Positions 1-13,059 of a stretch of 64,000 nt of DNA are shown piece by piece; the stretch's first letter is position 1; each line of letters begins with the position of its first letter. The stretch covers positions 50,406,001-50,470,000 of the forward strand of contig NC_043008.1 of assembly GCF_006345805.1 (NCBI RefSeq), read 5' to 3'. The DNA is from Octopus sinensis. Its lineage: Eukaryota. A model generated the notes under the pieces. The model saw nothing but the letters and a program-made list of their open reading frames with translations, did not search any database and had not been told where the DNA came from. The position numbers were made by a program, and so were the translations under genes.

Positions 1-997
1 CTGTTGTGAAAATAGCACATAAGATTTTATCAGTGCCAAATATATGTATAGATAGACACTGAGAAATGTAAACATGCATTCTTGTGTGTCTTTTTACGTA
101 TTTCTCTGTGGACAGAAAATGAGTGAGTAACTTGAGTCAGTTTGTGACTACAGTTGGAATCTTCTGAAGCTTTGCGCATCTCATTCTTTCCACAGATGAT
201 GATTAATGCATCAGGAAGTTAACTCTTTTCCTGTCCACTGAGAATTACTCAACTAATATGTCAGTTCATTCATATTTCTTCTGTCCACAGAGAAATACAT
301 AGAAACACGTGTTTACAATTGTTTAGACATTTTCTTAGCTTTGGTTAAATCTTGAACTATTTTCAGTAGATACGTATTTCTGTTATATCTTGACAGCAGT
401 TATGAGAAGTATTCCTTCTTTGCTGCCATGCCTCGTCTTTAACATCTCTTGTATTTGCTAATATTCTCAACACCCTCTCATATCTCCGTTATCCCCCACT
501 TACTGTAGCCATCATTATGTTCCTTTACATCTCCCTCCCTGCCACTTTTACACCTTAAACATCATTTCTCCGCTTTCTGATTTATCCTCCTTCCCAAGCC
601 ACATCTATCTCTCTCTCACCTTTCAACATTGGTACTACTCATTAACTGCACTTCCATTCTGGTTCATCACTCACTATATTGACCTTTGTCTCCATCTCTT
701 CTAATATTCGCATGAAATACTCTCACTCCCCCCCATCCCTGATCCACTGTCCATATCATCTCTTATGCTCACCTTCTTGTATCTTGAGTGTCACCCTTTC
801 ACTATCATTTTTATCTTCTCTCCAGCTACTCTCACTCTCTCATATAATGTGAGTTAGCAGTGTATCTCCTCCATAACAAGACACTTGTTCCTGTCTCTCT
901 TATACTTTAGACTCTCAACACCTTGCATAAAGCCACTTCCCCACCTCTTATATTGTTCCTCTTCTTAGTTGAGGGGACTTTTTCCTTTTCTTTTCCT

Positions 998-1156
998 GTC
1001 TTGCAAGTTACTTGGTGACCTCACTAGTGCCACTGGCATGAAAAGAAGCACCCGGTGCACACTGTCAATTAGTTGGCATTAGGAAGGGTATCCAGCCATA
1101 GACACCATGCCAAGGCTGACACTGGAGCTCAATGCAGTCCTGCAAACTGCCATGGA
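998..1156 (+). mobile_element. SINE-like family C (RTE-type 3' tail), decayed copy after a CT-rich tract
   Basis: Motif aagcacccggtgcacactgt...gttggcattaggaagggtatccagccatagacaccatgcc is shared with copies at 1447-1652, 6078-6420, 33633-33990 and 37341-37524. Confidence 0.7.
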
Positions 1157-1446
1157 CAAAATGAAGTGTTTGTGGCCTTTGAGAAAGTCTTCTGCACTCC
1201 CTATTCCCCTGTACCCACTCATTTCTACTTAACTGCACCTTGAAAGGCTTCCATGAGATGAAATAGTGATTATCCTCATTATTACTATTTTGCCTCTTTC
1301 TACCATTGTCACTCTTCTGTCGTGAGAGTAACCTTGTAACTCCTCTACAGTAAGAAACTTGTTTTGTCAAAGCCCTTTCTCTCATACACCTCTCATCTCC
1401 TAGCATAAAACTTTCTCCCTTTCTACTGCTCAGTTGAAGGGTCTTC

Positions 1447-1652
1447 TTGTTCTTGTAAGTTGCATGGTAACTTCATTATGTCTTGTGCCATCAAAGTAAG
1501 CACTCAGTGAAATGGTTGGTGCTAGGAAGGGCATCCAGCTATAGAAATCATGCCAAAGTAAACAGTGGTGCATGGTGTAGTCTTTGGACCCATTAGATCC
1601 TGTGAAACCATTGTAGCCATGTCATCATAGAGCATAGATATTGATGATGATG
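1447..1652 (+). mobile_element. SINE-like family C copy
   Basis: ggttggtgctaggaagggcatccagctatagaaatcatgcc... ending in a (GAT)n tail. Confidence 0.7.
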
Positions 1653-2091
1653 ATTGAACTCATTCACTTTTTGTCCATTGAGGAAAGAAGGGACACGTTC
1701 ATGTTTGTCAATGCAGATATGCACATTTATACAGTATCACTGAATCTTGTGTTACTTTTAGTAGAGATAAACCAAAAAGGGAGGAATCTTTCTGGCTGCT
1801 CAGTCTGTCAGGAATAGCAACCAGATTACTCTCATCACCCATCTACTTGACCATGTTTATTTAATAAACTGTGTAGTGGAGGATTGGGACCCACCAGATC
1901 ATATAGTCGTAGATACTTCTAAAGAGATGAGATCGTCGTGAACTGAATGCCTGCTTACATTTTCAGTTCTGACCTGGACAAGGGCAGTGTCACAGAAATT
2001 ATTAAGTCTGTTCTTTTTGATGTTTCAACATAGAGGAATTTTGTAAGATTGAATAATATCTTAACTGATTGGCTTATCTGATGTTATGTAT

Positions 2092-2250
2092 CATGGCTGT
2101 GTGGTCAAGAAGTCCACTTCTCAACTATGTCATTTGGGGTTCAGTTCCAATGCGCAGCACCTTGGGCAAATGTTATCTCCTGGGCTGACTGAAGCCTTGT
2201 GACTAGATTTGGTAGACTGAAACCAAAAGAAACCAACTGTGTGTATATGT
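2092..2250 (+). mobile_element. SINE family A (tRNA-like head), 5' part, decayed
   Basis: catggctgtgtggtcaagaag...gggttcagttccaatgcgcagcaccttgggcaaatg...gatttggtagactgaaacc matches other family A copies. Confidence 0.7.
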
Positions 2251-2269
2251 ATACAAGTATGCATGTTTG

Positions 2270-2302
<33 letters not shown>

Positions 2303-3158
2303 TTGTAACTCTGTACCTGTTTATGTAATGTGTGTGTCTATATTTGCACTTCTCCAAGAGTCTGCAAGTGGTGATATTCTTGTCATTTCCTTCATCAAAA
2401 ATTACTTGAAAAACAGTTAAAGGAGTACATCCAGTTGTGTAAAACAGTGCTTCAGTAATATATTTGTCTAACACATGCTAGCATGGAAAACCAAATATGT
2501 GTGTGTGTGTTGGTGTTATTAAGGACATGCCATCATTGAAACCATGCTAAAACTGAGATATTGGAGCAATATCTGTTCCTGTGACTCATCAGGTCCTGTT
2601 GAACCAACCAAACCATACCAGCACATAAAAATGGGCATAAAATGATGATGGTGACAATATATCTTATTTTCCATCATACAAGTTAACATAGTATGCAGTG
2701 TAATCATTCAAACATCATCTTTCCTAATATTATGCATTTCACATGGAATTTTTGGTCTTTCAAAGTTGTCTTGGTATGTAAATCAACCATTTTTTATTTT
2801 TCGGTAAATTTTGGTCTGAAAAATTTGACTTGCATGTTGGAAAATACAGTTTGTGGTGTGTATGTGTTTGTTTGAAGTATTTTATTGCTTTTGTGCATTC
2901 ACATATTCTTGTTTATTTCGGCAACAGAAATAAACTTAAAATTGTGATGAGATGACTCATCAACTTCAAACGAATAGACTTTATTGCATATATTCTAAAT
3001 GTGTGTATGAAAAACGTACTCTGTTCATGTATAGAGTACTTTGAGAGTACATTCATTTATTCAATACTGAATCTCCACTCAGATGCTACTCCAAGTTTCC
3101 ATTTTTATAGTAGTGGAATAAAACCACATCTTTGTGTGTGTACACATTCATAAAGTAT

Positions 3159-3755
3159 TTATTCTTTTCTTTTACTTGTTTCAGTCATTTGACTGCAGCC
3201 ATGCTGGAGCAGTGCCTTTAGTCAAACGAATCGATACCAGGACTTATTCTTTGTAAGCCTAGTGCTTATTCTATCAGTCTCTTTTGTTGAACTGCTAAGT
3301 TACAAGGATGTAAACACCAACATCGGTTGTCAAGCGATGGTGGTGGGGGGGACAAACACAGACACATAAATATATATATATATATTATGACAGGCTTCTT
3401 TCAGTTTCCATCTACCAAATCCACTCACAAGGCTTTGGTTGCCTCGGGGCACTTTACGTCGCCACCCACCTTCTGCATCATTTTTCCATATTCCTTTAGT
3501 CCAGCCAGGTCTACATCCTTTCTCTTCACCTCCTCTGCCGTCTCAGAAAAACTCCTTGTTCCCTCCAATATTCCGTTCATTCTTCTCACAACCTTCACCA
3601 GCTCCTCCTCCTCCACCGAAGACAATTCAGACCCGCTAAAGTCTGAATACATTTTCTCTAAACCGCTGCCAAGCAGCACAAACATCCTGTCTGACTCTCA
3701 AAAAAACAAACCAGCATCCGGAAGCAAGTGTCTTACCACACAGCCACGCCTGTGC
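3159..3755 (-). mobile_element. SINE family A, near full length, with about 60 nt (including the B-box) replaced by a 269-bp foreign insert at 3451-3719
   Basis: Reverse complement matches the family A tail (cagcatggctgcagtcaaatgactgaaacaagtaaaag), body (3159-3450) and head (gcacaggcgtggctgtgtggtaagacacttgcttcc, 3720-3755). Compared with the intact copy at 31300-31660. Confidence 0.85.
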
Positions 3756-4212
3756 CTAGTTCTGTAAAATTTTTAATATTTGACAGGCAGTATCTAATTT
3801 CATCTCTTTGCCTCCTCAGCTTCAATTCTCCAACCGAGATCAACATTGTTATTCTTCTCTCTGAGTTCAGTGAAATAAGGTATCACTCAAATGCTGGGGT
3901 TAATATAATCTAATTAAACCCCTTCCTCAAAATAATAGCCTTTTGCATAAGTTAAAAATCAATATAGTTTTCACCTTATTGACCATCATAGAGACAAACT
4001 TCCAAATTCTGAATCTTCTACTTGGTTTTACTTCCCAGTTATAGCTCTTTCACTTCATCAATGTTACTAATGCCATTGAGAAAAGTATGATCCTCACATA
4101 TTCTTGATTTTCTGTTCCAGATATTAAAGGTTCTACGTTTAGCATTTGTGTGTGTGATTGTTTTTCTTTCAGATATCAATATTTCCATTATTTTCTTTAA
4201 CTTAATCTCCAG

Positions 4213-4277
4213 GCTGATTGCTCACCTTATGGAGCAACAACTTACCTATCACTTCCTCCAGACACCAGTTGGCGCAG
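4213..4277 (+). CDS. CRTC1: Internal coding exon of a CREB-regulated transcription coactivator (CRTC/TORC) homolog; equivalent of the human CRTC1 exon encoding [21 protein letters not shown]
   Basis: Pyrimidine-rich acceptor ttttctttaacttaatctccAG (AG 4211-4212) and donor CAG|GTAAAC (GT 4278-4279). Frame 1 reads ADCSPYGATTYLSLPPDTSWR+AG, matching the conserved CRTC motif S/C-P-Y-G..YLS-P-P-x-D-T-S-W-R-R. Phase 0 start and phase 2 end as in CRTC1. Paralog label is nominal (invertebrates typically have one CRTC). Confidence 0.87.
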
Positions 4278-6077
4278 GTAAACACTTCCTTCAGCTTTTT
4301 TTCTTCATTTTATTGACTTTCTGAAAACATACATTTCATTGTATAAATGCTAATTGTGAACATAACAACTAAATACTTTTTTCCTATGATTTGTGTGAGA
4401 TATGTGCTTGATATATCAGTGTATTTTTGTAGATCTGTGTGTTTATACATATATAGATAACCATATACAAGTACATACATGCGTGTTCATATTTTTATTA
4501 TTGGCAGTGTTATAACTTTAACATGCCAAAGCCATAAAAAGCAACTGTTTTTAATTAGAGAAAAAAAAAGTACAATTTATGTACTGAAACCCTATTTGTT
4601 AAAATCCAGTTATCCTAATACTGACAAGGGAATCATTCTTCCATTGTCATTAGATTGAAAAGTTCATAATGAGATTTTTCCTAAGCTTTTTCTTTCCCTG
4701 AAACTATTGTTGGTATTTTTTCAAAATATAATTACATCCATTAACCTTGAATAAAGAATCAACCTTTTTTTTTTAAAACAAGAATTATGGGCGATATAAG
4801 AATATATATATATACACACATCCACATCCATGTATCACCCAAATTTCTGAAGTCATATAATGACTTAGAAATTTAGAACACTTGTGTTGGTCTGATTCAT
4901 TTTAAGTGTAATGCAAGAACTGACACTTAATAGTTGTTTAACCCCAGGTCAACTCAAATTGAGCAGACCTATAGATATTATCTTTCTTACACACTAACAT
5001 TTTTTAGTGTTTACTCAGTAAATGCATATATTTGCAACATAAGTAACTGCGACATAAGTCACACCAGTTGTGTGACCTATGTTGCATTAGAACAGAACCT
5101 TGTGTTTAAAGTATTCAATTTTATCTCTAATTCAAGGTTGAATTTTTTTTTTTTTCACCCTATCACATTGCTTTTTAGCTTTTTCTAGATTTTGCTATGG
5201 ATGTAAACTTTTATTTTAAAAAATTGATTTGAACTAATAGGCGCTAATATCATAAAACTGCAGAGATTCTGCATAACATTATTTCCTCGGTAGATCAACC
5301 CAGATACAAGGATAAAAGTACATATACAGATAATTAAAACAAAAGTAATTGTTACTTTTTAAGTTGATGTAGCTCATTTGATATTTAAAGACTGACCATT
5401 GTTGAAAACAATGAGAAAGACTAATAAAGAAGAAAAATCAACAACAAAACCAACTGGAAATCTATAGTGTGAATATGTTCTTTATCTTTTTGTGAATGTT
5501 TCCATGTTTCAGCACATAATGTCTAAATATAAATTTCTATTTTAAGAATTAATACCATAAATACGGTTTTTGCATTTTTAAAAATCCTGACAGCTACTCA
5601 ATAGATTTTTTCTCTCAAATATGTTGTTGTTATGACTGATTTTATGGTCAGATAGTTGTTGGAGTAACTGGAATTGATTGGAGAACCATCATCGTCATTG
5701 ACATCTAGCTTAATGCAGACAGTTGTGTGGCTCTTTTGGTATCATATTTGAAAGATGGTTGTAAAGGTTTTATAAATTCATGTAATAGTTGTTCTTCTCG
5801 TAAAATGTAGAACTGATAACATGTTGCTTTAGCCTGTCATCACCACCAAAATGCAGATTTTGTTCACACTTAATCAGGAACATACGTGCTCAGGAGACTA
5901 ACCTTTTTTAATGCAGAATCCTGAGTTTCAGTGATAGTACAGTTGTAGTATGTGTCTGAATAAGGTACATAACACGGCTTGCCTCAGTTTGTCTGGCTGA
6001 CATATAGGTTCCACACACTATGGGTGAATGGTTTGCACTAATGATATTCAAATAACCAGATTGGAAAAATTATTCCA

Positions 6078-6420
6078 TCAGAGCGGCAAACTGGCTTCCA
6101 TGCCGGTGGCACGTAAAAGGCACCATTCAAGCGTGATCGTTACCAGCATCGCCTTACTGGCACCTGTGCCAGTGGCATGTGTAAAAAGATTTGAGCGAGG
6201 TCGTTGCCAATACCGCTTGACTGGCCCTCATGCCAGTGGCACGTAAAAAGCACCCACTACACTCTCGGAGTGGTTAACGTTAGGAAGGGCATCCAGCTGT
6301 AGAAACTCTGCCAGATCAAGACTGAAGCCTGGTGCAGCCATCAGGTTCGCCAGCCCTCAGTCAAAATCGTCCAACCCATGCTAGCATGGAAAGCGGACGT
6401 TAAATGATGATGATGATGAT
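6078..6420 (+). mobile_element. SINE-like family C, well preserved, with internal GGTGGCACGTAAAA(G)GCACC modules and (GAT)n tail
   Basis: aaaagcacccactacactctcggagtggttaacgttaggaagggcatccagctgtagaaactctgcc...ccatgctagcatggaaagcggacgttaaatgatgatgat. Confidence 0.85.
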
Positions 6421-6963
6421 AACTTGGAAAAAAAATTGGATGTTAGAAAAACAGAGAACAGTTCTTTAAAATGTTTTCCAATGTGTTCTTCAACGTAACA
6501 GCTGTTAAAACAAACTTGTACAAGAGGAAGCAGCATCATAATTTCAATAATTAAGCAGTATTCCATTTGAAAGGACCTAGTAGTGATTTGATTTGCATAA
6601 AATATATAGGAACCAAGCAAATTTTTAAAAGAATAGTAAGATGTGAAACTAAGCTATGTAAAATTTATGGAGAGAAATTGCTGCATGCTTTCAAATTTGA
6701 AGAAGCATCCAGCCTTCATTTATATAGAAATAAATCTGAAACTGTCTTTTATTTGTTGCTGTTACTGGCTTTGTATGAATTCTTAATTTAAGCTGCAAAT
6801 AAATGTGTAACTTGAGTTGGTGTTAAGATTTCCTTCTTCTGAACTCCAAGTTCTTCTTGAAAAGTTAGCTGTAGTCTTTGTATTTAAAGATTTATTTGTT
6901 CCAGACAGCTCCTTGTACTGAAATTTTATATTAACTCTGTTATTAACAAGAGTTATTATTTAA

Positions 6964-7350
6964 CTAGCAGTATCACCCGGCGTTGCTCGGGTTTGTTTTC
7001 TTTTTGACCCTTTAGAATTGGAATTTTTGAAAAGTAAAAATTTTGCTTTATGTAGCTTGCTATTCTCTTTTAGTGAACATTTTTCTGGTTAAAATACATC
7101 AAAAAATGGCGAAACAGCAGTAAAAAAATTGTAAAAAAATAGGGATTTTCATAGACTAAAAGTACCTTTTTGATGTAAATAATTTTTGGTGTTAACATGG
7201 TCCGATTTGAATTTTTTCTTCTACGGAAGGAAGAGCAAGCCTTCTTCTATCATACTCTCAATTTTGGTCAACTTGCGCTACAGGGTCTCGGAGGAGATAG
7301 TGTAAGTTGAAGGCTGCCAAACCTGCCATACACAGACTTTTCTTTTTACC
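6964..7350 (-). mobile_element. Non-autonomous Helitron-like element (3' end at 6964)
   Basis: Minus strand ends cccgagcaacgccggg-tgatactg-CTAG|T, a GC hairpin followed by CTAG-T, the Helitron 3' signature. 5' boundary approximate. Confidence 0.7.
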
Positions 7351-7557
7351 ATTGAATGTGCAGTTGTGTTTTAAGGAAATTGCTTTTCTATAGAGAAGAA
7401 GAGAAATTACTGTGCCTCTGTTTTTTGCTGTTGATATTTTTTAGTTCTTCTCTTAGTTTTCCTTGTATTTTCTGGCAGCCATACTCTTGGCCTAATTGTA
7501 ACTCTCTCATCCATCTATAAACTTTTATCTATTCTCTATGATATTACTCTTTGAATC

Positions 7558-7710
7558 ATTATCACTGTTTAGCATCAGTTTTCCATGCTAGTATGGGTTG
7601 GATGGTTTAACAGGAGCTGGTGTGCCAGAGGACTGCACCAAGCTTTACTGTCTGCCTTGGCATGGTTTCTAATGTCAGCCACTTTACAGTGTGCACTGGT
7701 TGCTTTTTAT
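7558..7710 (-). mobile_element. SINE-like family C, decayed
   Basis: ttttccatgctagtatgggttggatggtttaacaggagctgg... is the reverse complement of the family C tail. Confidence 0.65.
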
Positions 7711-10700
7711 GTCATACTACTATTACTACTACTATTAGTGAAGTTGCTAAGTAACTTGCAAGACAAAAAGACCCCCTCGACAGAGGAAGAGGGTTTTGAA
7801 TACTACATGTAATCATGTAATATCTGATGCCATGTGATTTTTGCCCTGAAAATCAGTTAAGTAAAAACTTTCAGCTGTTCTGATTTAAACTATGTTGTGC
7901 TTTTTTGTTGTTATTACTCACTCATTCAGTTGACTTCCCCACCCAAAAACAAAATATCTTGTTTTCGAGGTTGAGTGCTAATATATTAAGAGGTGACCCT
8001 ATATGACCCATTTTATTAAACTGGTATATGTTGTATGTCATAGATCTTTCAAGAATATATCATTTTTATGATATTGTGTACTAAATTTGTTTACTGACCT
8101 TCTTAATTCTTTCTTAGGTCAATAAAAAAACCTTTCTTTTTTTTTTTTTTAAGTGACATTCAGTTAAACTTGAAACTGTATAACTTTTACAAAAACCAAA
8201 TAATAAAATAATGTAGAAAATATATTACAGACATTATTATATAGAGAAATTAACTCTTTGAAATTTAATCTCAGTACATTTTCTCTTCATAAAAAGGGGT
8301 CTCTCCCTCCCTTCCTCCCTCCCTCTCTCTTCCCCTTTCCCATATGTCATCATTGTTGTCTCAAATGATACCAGTGGTTTAAAGCTTTGTTAAGTTTTAT
8401 TGTTCATATGAAATATTTGACTTAGTTATTTTCTTTCTTTTTTGACAGTTGTAAAAATCTACACGATAATATCTCAATCATGCTATGTCAATTAACCCTC
8501 TCTCTCTCTCTATAAATGCACGTGTGTGTGTGTGTGTGTGTGTGTGAAGTTTTCTCTTATATGTATTCCATGATATATTTTTACTAACTAGGCCATCTCT
8601 GCTGCTTTGTGTTAACTGTTGCACAAAATGTGAATTCAAAATATTTCAGTTTGATTTTTTTTTTTTTTTTGGCTTCTTCCCTTTTTTGTCACAACTCCAC
8701 ACCCTATCACTTCTGAAAGGAAACTGACACTTATCAAAGATTTTATCTTAACTCTCGTCATTCATATTGATTCACACTTTAGGGCAAGCTCGCTTTAAAA
8801 AAAAGAGAATTGAAATACAAAAACCAGTGAGATAAATTGAGATAGGGCAATGATTGCAGTCAGTTTAAGATTTAGCAATGGGAATATGAAATCGACCAAG
8901 TACATGAGAGGGTTAATTATTACTTTGGAGACATGAAATTACTTGTTCATATACTTCAATGTAGTTACCACTGTGTAAATCTGGATTGATTTAATAGATT
9001 AATAGAGTAAAACTTATTAAATAGAAACTAGCATTAAAAGAAAACAGATTAAATGTCTTTTGGACTAGTGTAATATTCATATTGTATGACTTACTTTTCA
9101 AGTTGATCTGTTACAATGTCCTGGAGGACTTAGAAGCTAAATTTGAAAGGGTTCTTTCATTGTGATGGAAAGAATTTATACAAAACCATTTTCTATTTAC
9201 AATATATTTTTTTTTCTATGTTGCCATATTGATCTATTTATCATACCAATTATTGAAATTCAATGTGAAGTCTCTTGAAATGTGATTAATAATATAAACC
9301 TGTTTTTGAAGATAAACCAGAATCAGCTTGATGTTCCCTTTGAATAATCCATTCTCCATCAAACTTTCATTTAATGATCAGCTGATTAGTTTCTGTCATT
9401 ATGGAAATAGTTGTATATATGAGCCATGATATTAATCTTCTTTCATCAATCCATGGCTTTAAGGTAATATCACCAATACTATTGTTTGATTTAGATTATT
9501 TTCCTTTTTGTCTTTGAAAGCAGCAGAAGTGGTCATTTCTTTTAAAACATTCTCATATCTGTGATCTCTGTTGTTAACATGCTTTTTACAGCTGTTCTGA
9601 TTCTTTTCTTAAATGTTATAAATGTTCTGTAAAATTTGAGCAACTTAGCTACATAAAATCCTTATTATTGAAAGCTTTCAAAAGGTTTATTATAGAATCT
9701 ATCTACTCTAACCTCACATATATTTGCTATTTTGCTTATGTTATCAATCATTATTGAAAGTTTGCATTTTTTTTCCTTTGCAATTGATAACATAAATTTC
9801 TGACTTCCCTCTTCTTAGTCATTTCTCTACTGAACTTCCTTTATTTTTAAAGTTGTCTTCAGTTTTACAAAGTTCCTCTTGTTTTAGCATTTTTAATCAA
9901 CTGAGAACAATTGCTTGGCTATTTTCATTACTGTCTAAAGTCTGCCTACATAGAAAGGAAGCAATTTTAGAACTTCATGTTTTAAAATGATTTTTCAGAG
10001 CAAATTCAAAATTAACAAAATTAAAATGAGCAATGACTAAAATTTTGTGATTGTTGTTCTTCTTTATATATTGACTTTTACATTTTTTTTTGTCCATCTG
10101 CCATCCACAGCTCCATGGTAGCTAGCAGTTAAATTTCTTCTATTCATAGTATCTTTGAAATTTAAATCCTTATCAGCTGTAACATCTTTATTTAACTGAC
10201 TCAACCTTACCCTGTCCTTATAAACCGCCTAAACAGAGCACATTAGTGCTGTGTCAAAATTTACATGTCGACTTAATTCAGATAAGTAGGTAATCTGGTG
10301 TTTTGCCTTATATGATTTGTCTAAGACACATGGTCTTTTATAAGCCATTCCAGTTTCTATAATTGGCTCCCAGCTTTACTTTTTCCAGTCTTCCGTTCTT
10401 GTACTATTCCTCCTCCTCGTTGCACTGTTGATGTGTTAATGACTTGCTGCTTTTAGTGTAATTATGCTATTACATCTACAATATCTTCCATGTAGTTCTA
10501 TTGCTACCCTGGAACTGTTACACACCTCGGATAATGTAATCCTAGATATGAACATTAATTCTCTGGAATTCCTTTCTCACCAACATATTTCCTGCAGATG
10601 TTGACTTTACAATAGTTCAGACTGAACATAAATGATATAACCATTCTTACCAGAGTCAGAAGACCTGTGAAGAACAAAGCCAACACACCTTCCTCCTTAC

Positions 10701-10895
10701 CAAGTCATAAAAAAAAAAAGCCTGGCAGGGGTAAGGATGGGATGGTCACAGTTGGAATTATTTTGATCATGAATCCGCTGGATCAAAGTTGACCTGGAGC
10801 TAAATGGTAACTCACAGCAAACTGTGTGTTGTGGTGTTGCTGACAGAAATGGTGCAAAATTGAAGTGGACAATGTTTCGCTTTCATTTAAAGACT

Positions 10896-11193
10896 CCACT
10901 TTGGTCATGAATGACCATGGGATTGCACATAGAGAGTTCCCCTACAAGACACAAGTCCAGGCAAGGTTGTTTTATGGAAGACAAGCAGTCGCCCATGCAT
11001 ACCAGCCTCCCCTATCCATGCCACTGATGTTATCCAAGAGAAAGGCAAAGGCTGATACAACTTGGCACCAGTGACTTCACAGCTGAGTGAACTGGAACAA
11101 CACGAAATAAAGTGTCTTGCTCAAGAACACAACGCACTCACTACCTCATGATTGTGAGCCAGACACTTTAACTACTGAGCCATGCACCTTCAC
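10896..11193 (-). mobile_element. SINE family D (tRNA-like head)
   Basis: Minus strand gtgaaggtgcatggctcagtagttaaagtg...gtgttcttgagcaagacactttatttcgtgttgttccagttcactcagctg...; body matches the + copy at 20509-20735. Confidence 0.75.
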
Positions 11194-11497
11194 ATGCTTT
11201 CATTTATTTGTATCACAAATAAGTACATAGGCTTACTGGGAGGCAGTGGAAGTATATCGTCGTTTTAATGTCCACTTTCCGGTGCTCACATGGGTCAGGC
11301 AGAATTTGTGGAGCCAAACTTTCTACAGTTGGATACCCTTTCTGTCGCCAACCCTTACCTGTTTCCAAGTAAGGTAATATTTCCCCATGACCAGGCATGT
11401 TGCCATAGAAGATTGGAAATGGACATTACTTACATGATGGTGATGCAATGTCAAGGCAAGGAGTCAGTAACACACATACACACACGCTGATATGTGA

Positions 11498-11675
11498 TTG
11501 GCTTCTTTAAATTTCTATTTACTAAATCCATTCACAAAGCTTTCGTTGGTTTGCAGTTTTATTAGAATTTATTATTTTATTAGAAGACGCTCACTCAAGG
11601 TGCCATGCAGTGAGACTGAACCCAAAGCCATCCGGTTGGGAAGCTGACTTCTTACCATACAGCCACACCTGTGCC
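11498..11675 (-). mobile_element. SINE family A, 5' half
   Basis: caaggtgccatgcagtgagactgaacc...cttcttaccatacagccacacctgtgcc is the reverse complement of the family A head. Confidence 0.75.
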
Positions 11676-12300
11676 TACATATGTCAGTAGTAAGGTCTCT
11701 ATGTAGAAGAGCATTTAGCTTCTGTACAAATGAAACACTAGATGGAGAAATATGTAGATTAAAGCAAACATTGCTCAGCAAATAGCCAGCCTGATAAACA
11801 GAACAAATTTGGAAATAATACAAACACAAATGCAGTGTAATAAATATGTCAGACACGATACCTATTAAATGCATACTAATTATGGAATGAGTAAATACAA
11901 CTAAAACCTTATTAAATAGAACACAATCCATTACACTAAACCATAAACTAACCCTAGTAATATATTGTTAAGACACTAAAAATAAAAACTTTACTTGTGA
12001 GAAGCAATATGCATGTAAATCTTTGCACAAGCTACTTAGGACCAGTGTAAATTATAAGTCTAATTGCCAATGAGAATGTTGTTGGCCGTACTGTTCTGGT
12101 TTACTGTCACTTAACCATGGGAGCTGTTGCAATGAATGCACCACACAGCACAACAGAAAAATCAGGTAGGAAAGCATTAATTGGTAACACATCTATCCTC
12201 CACAGAACACTCTGGAAGCAGTATTCATAACAGCAAAATGCTAAAATGAATGTACAAACATGCTCTAGTCTGCCTGTCCGTCCATCTGTCTGTCTCTACC

Positions 12301-12337
<37 letters not shown>

Positions 12338-13059
12338 GCTTACCTGACTGATGATATATTGACCTACTATAAGGAGTCGCACTACATGCCAACATCACTT
12401 CATCCTGAAGATGTGACTTTTATGGTTTAGGAACTTTGCTATGCCAAACATACTGCAAAGAACTTATACAAAAATATGAAAAGAGAACCCCCTTAATAAA
12501 AACAAAGATGGAACTAGAACATGCATGTGTGTATGTGTGTGCCTGTATGTATATATATGTATATTTGTATGTGTGTATGTAATTCTGTTCTTTATAAAAC
12601 AACATATGTTCAATTAATGGTGATTATGGCTTCATCTTAAGATATTTTGGTAGCTGATATAATTCTTTGATGTATTCATGTGATTAAGAAGGATTATATT
12701 AACAGATAAGTGCCAGTTCTTCTGCAAACTGTCTCTCCCCTTCTGCAAGACAGAATGCAATATAATGTCAGCATTCCTCTTATCTTTGTCAATAACCTTC
12801 TGTCCTTTTTAGAATTATTCTTTATTTTGTATACACAAGACAATATTGTTTCTGATATATATATAATAAGAGTCAGGATAGTCAGAGCCAGAAATCCTTT
12901 GATAATATGTCTATGGATGATGAGAGCCAGCCTGGAGCTAAACAACAATTGTCATTAGTTTATATAGATCTGTTGTATCATTTTTTTTCCTAGTTATCAT
13001 TACCTCTCATTGTAAATTTTGTTAACCCTTATGTGTGTGTGTGTACATTATCTTTAATA

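Noticed and set aside
60-325. Short inverted repeat (gtatttctctgtggacagaa at 98-117 vs 279-298)
   Set aside because: Only about 20 bp of exact match, no clear termini or target duplication, and it may be cut by the window edge.
3327-3767. 146-aa plus-strand ORF
   Set aside because: It spans SINE sequence and a microsatellite and is the antisense shadow of the insert described as a finding; not a supported gene.
12347-12408. C/D-box snoRNA-like TGATGA...CTGA pair
   Set aside because: No terminal stem, no recognisable C'/D' boxes, and no rRNA/snRNA guide complement that I can identify.
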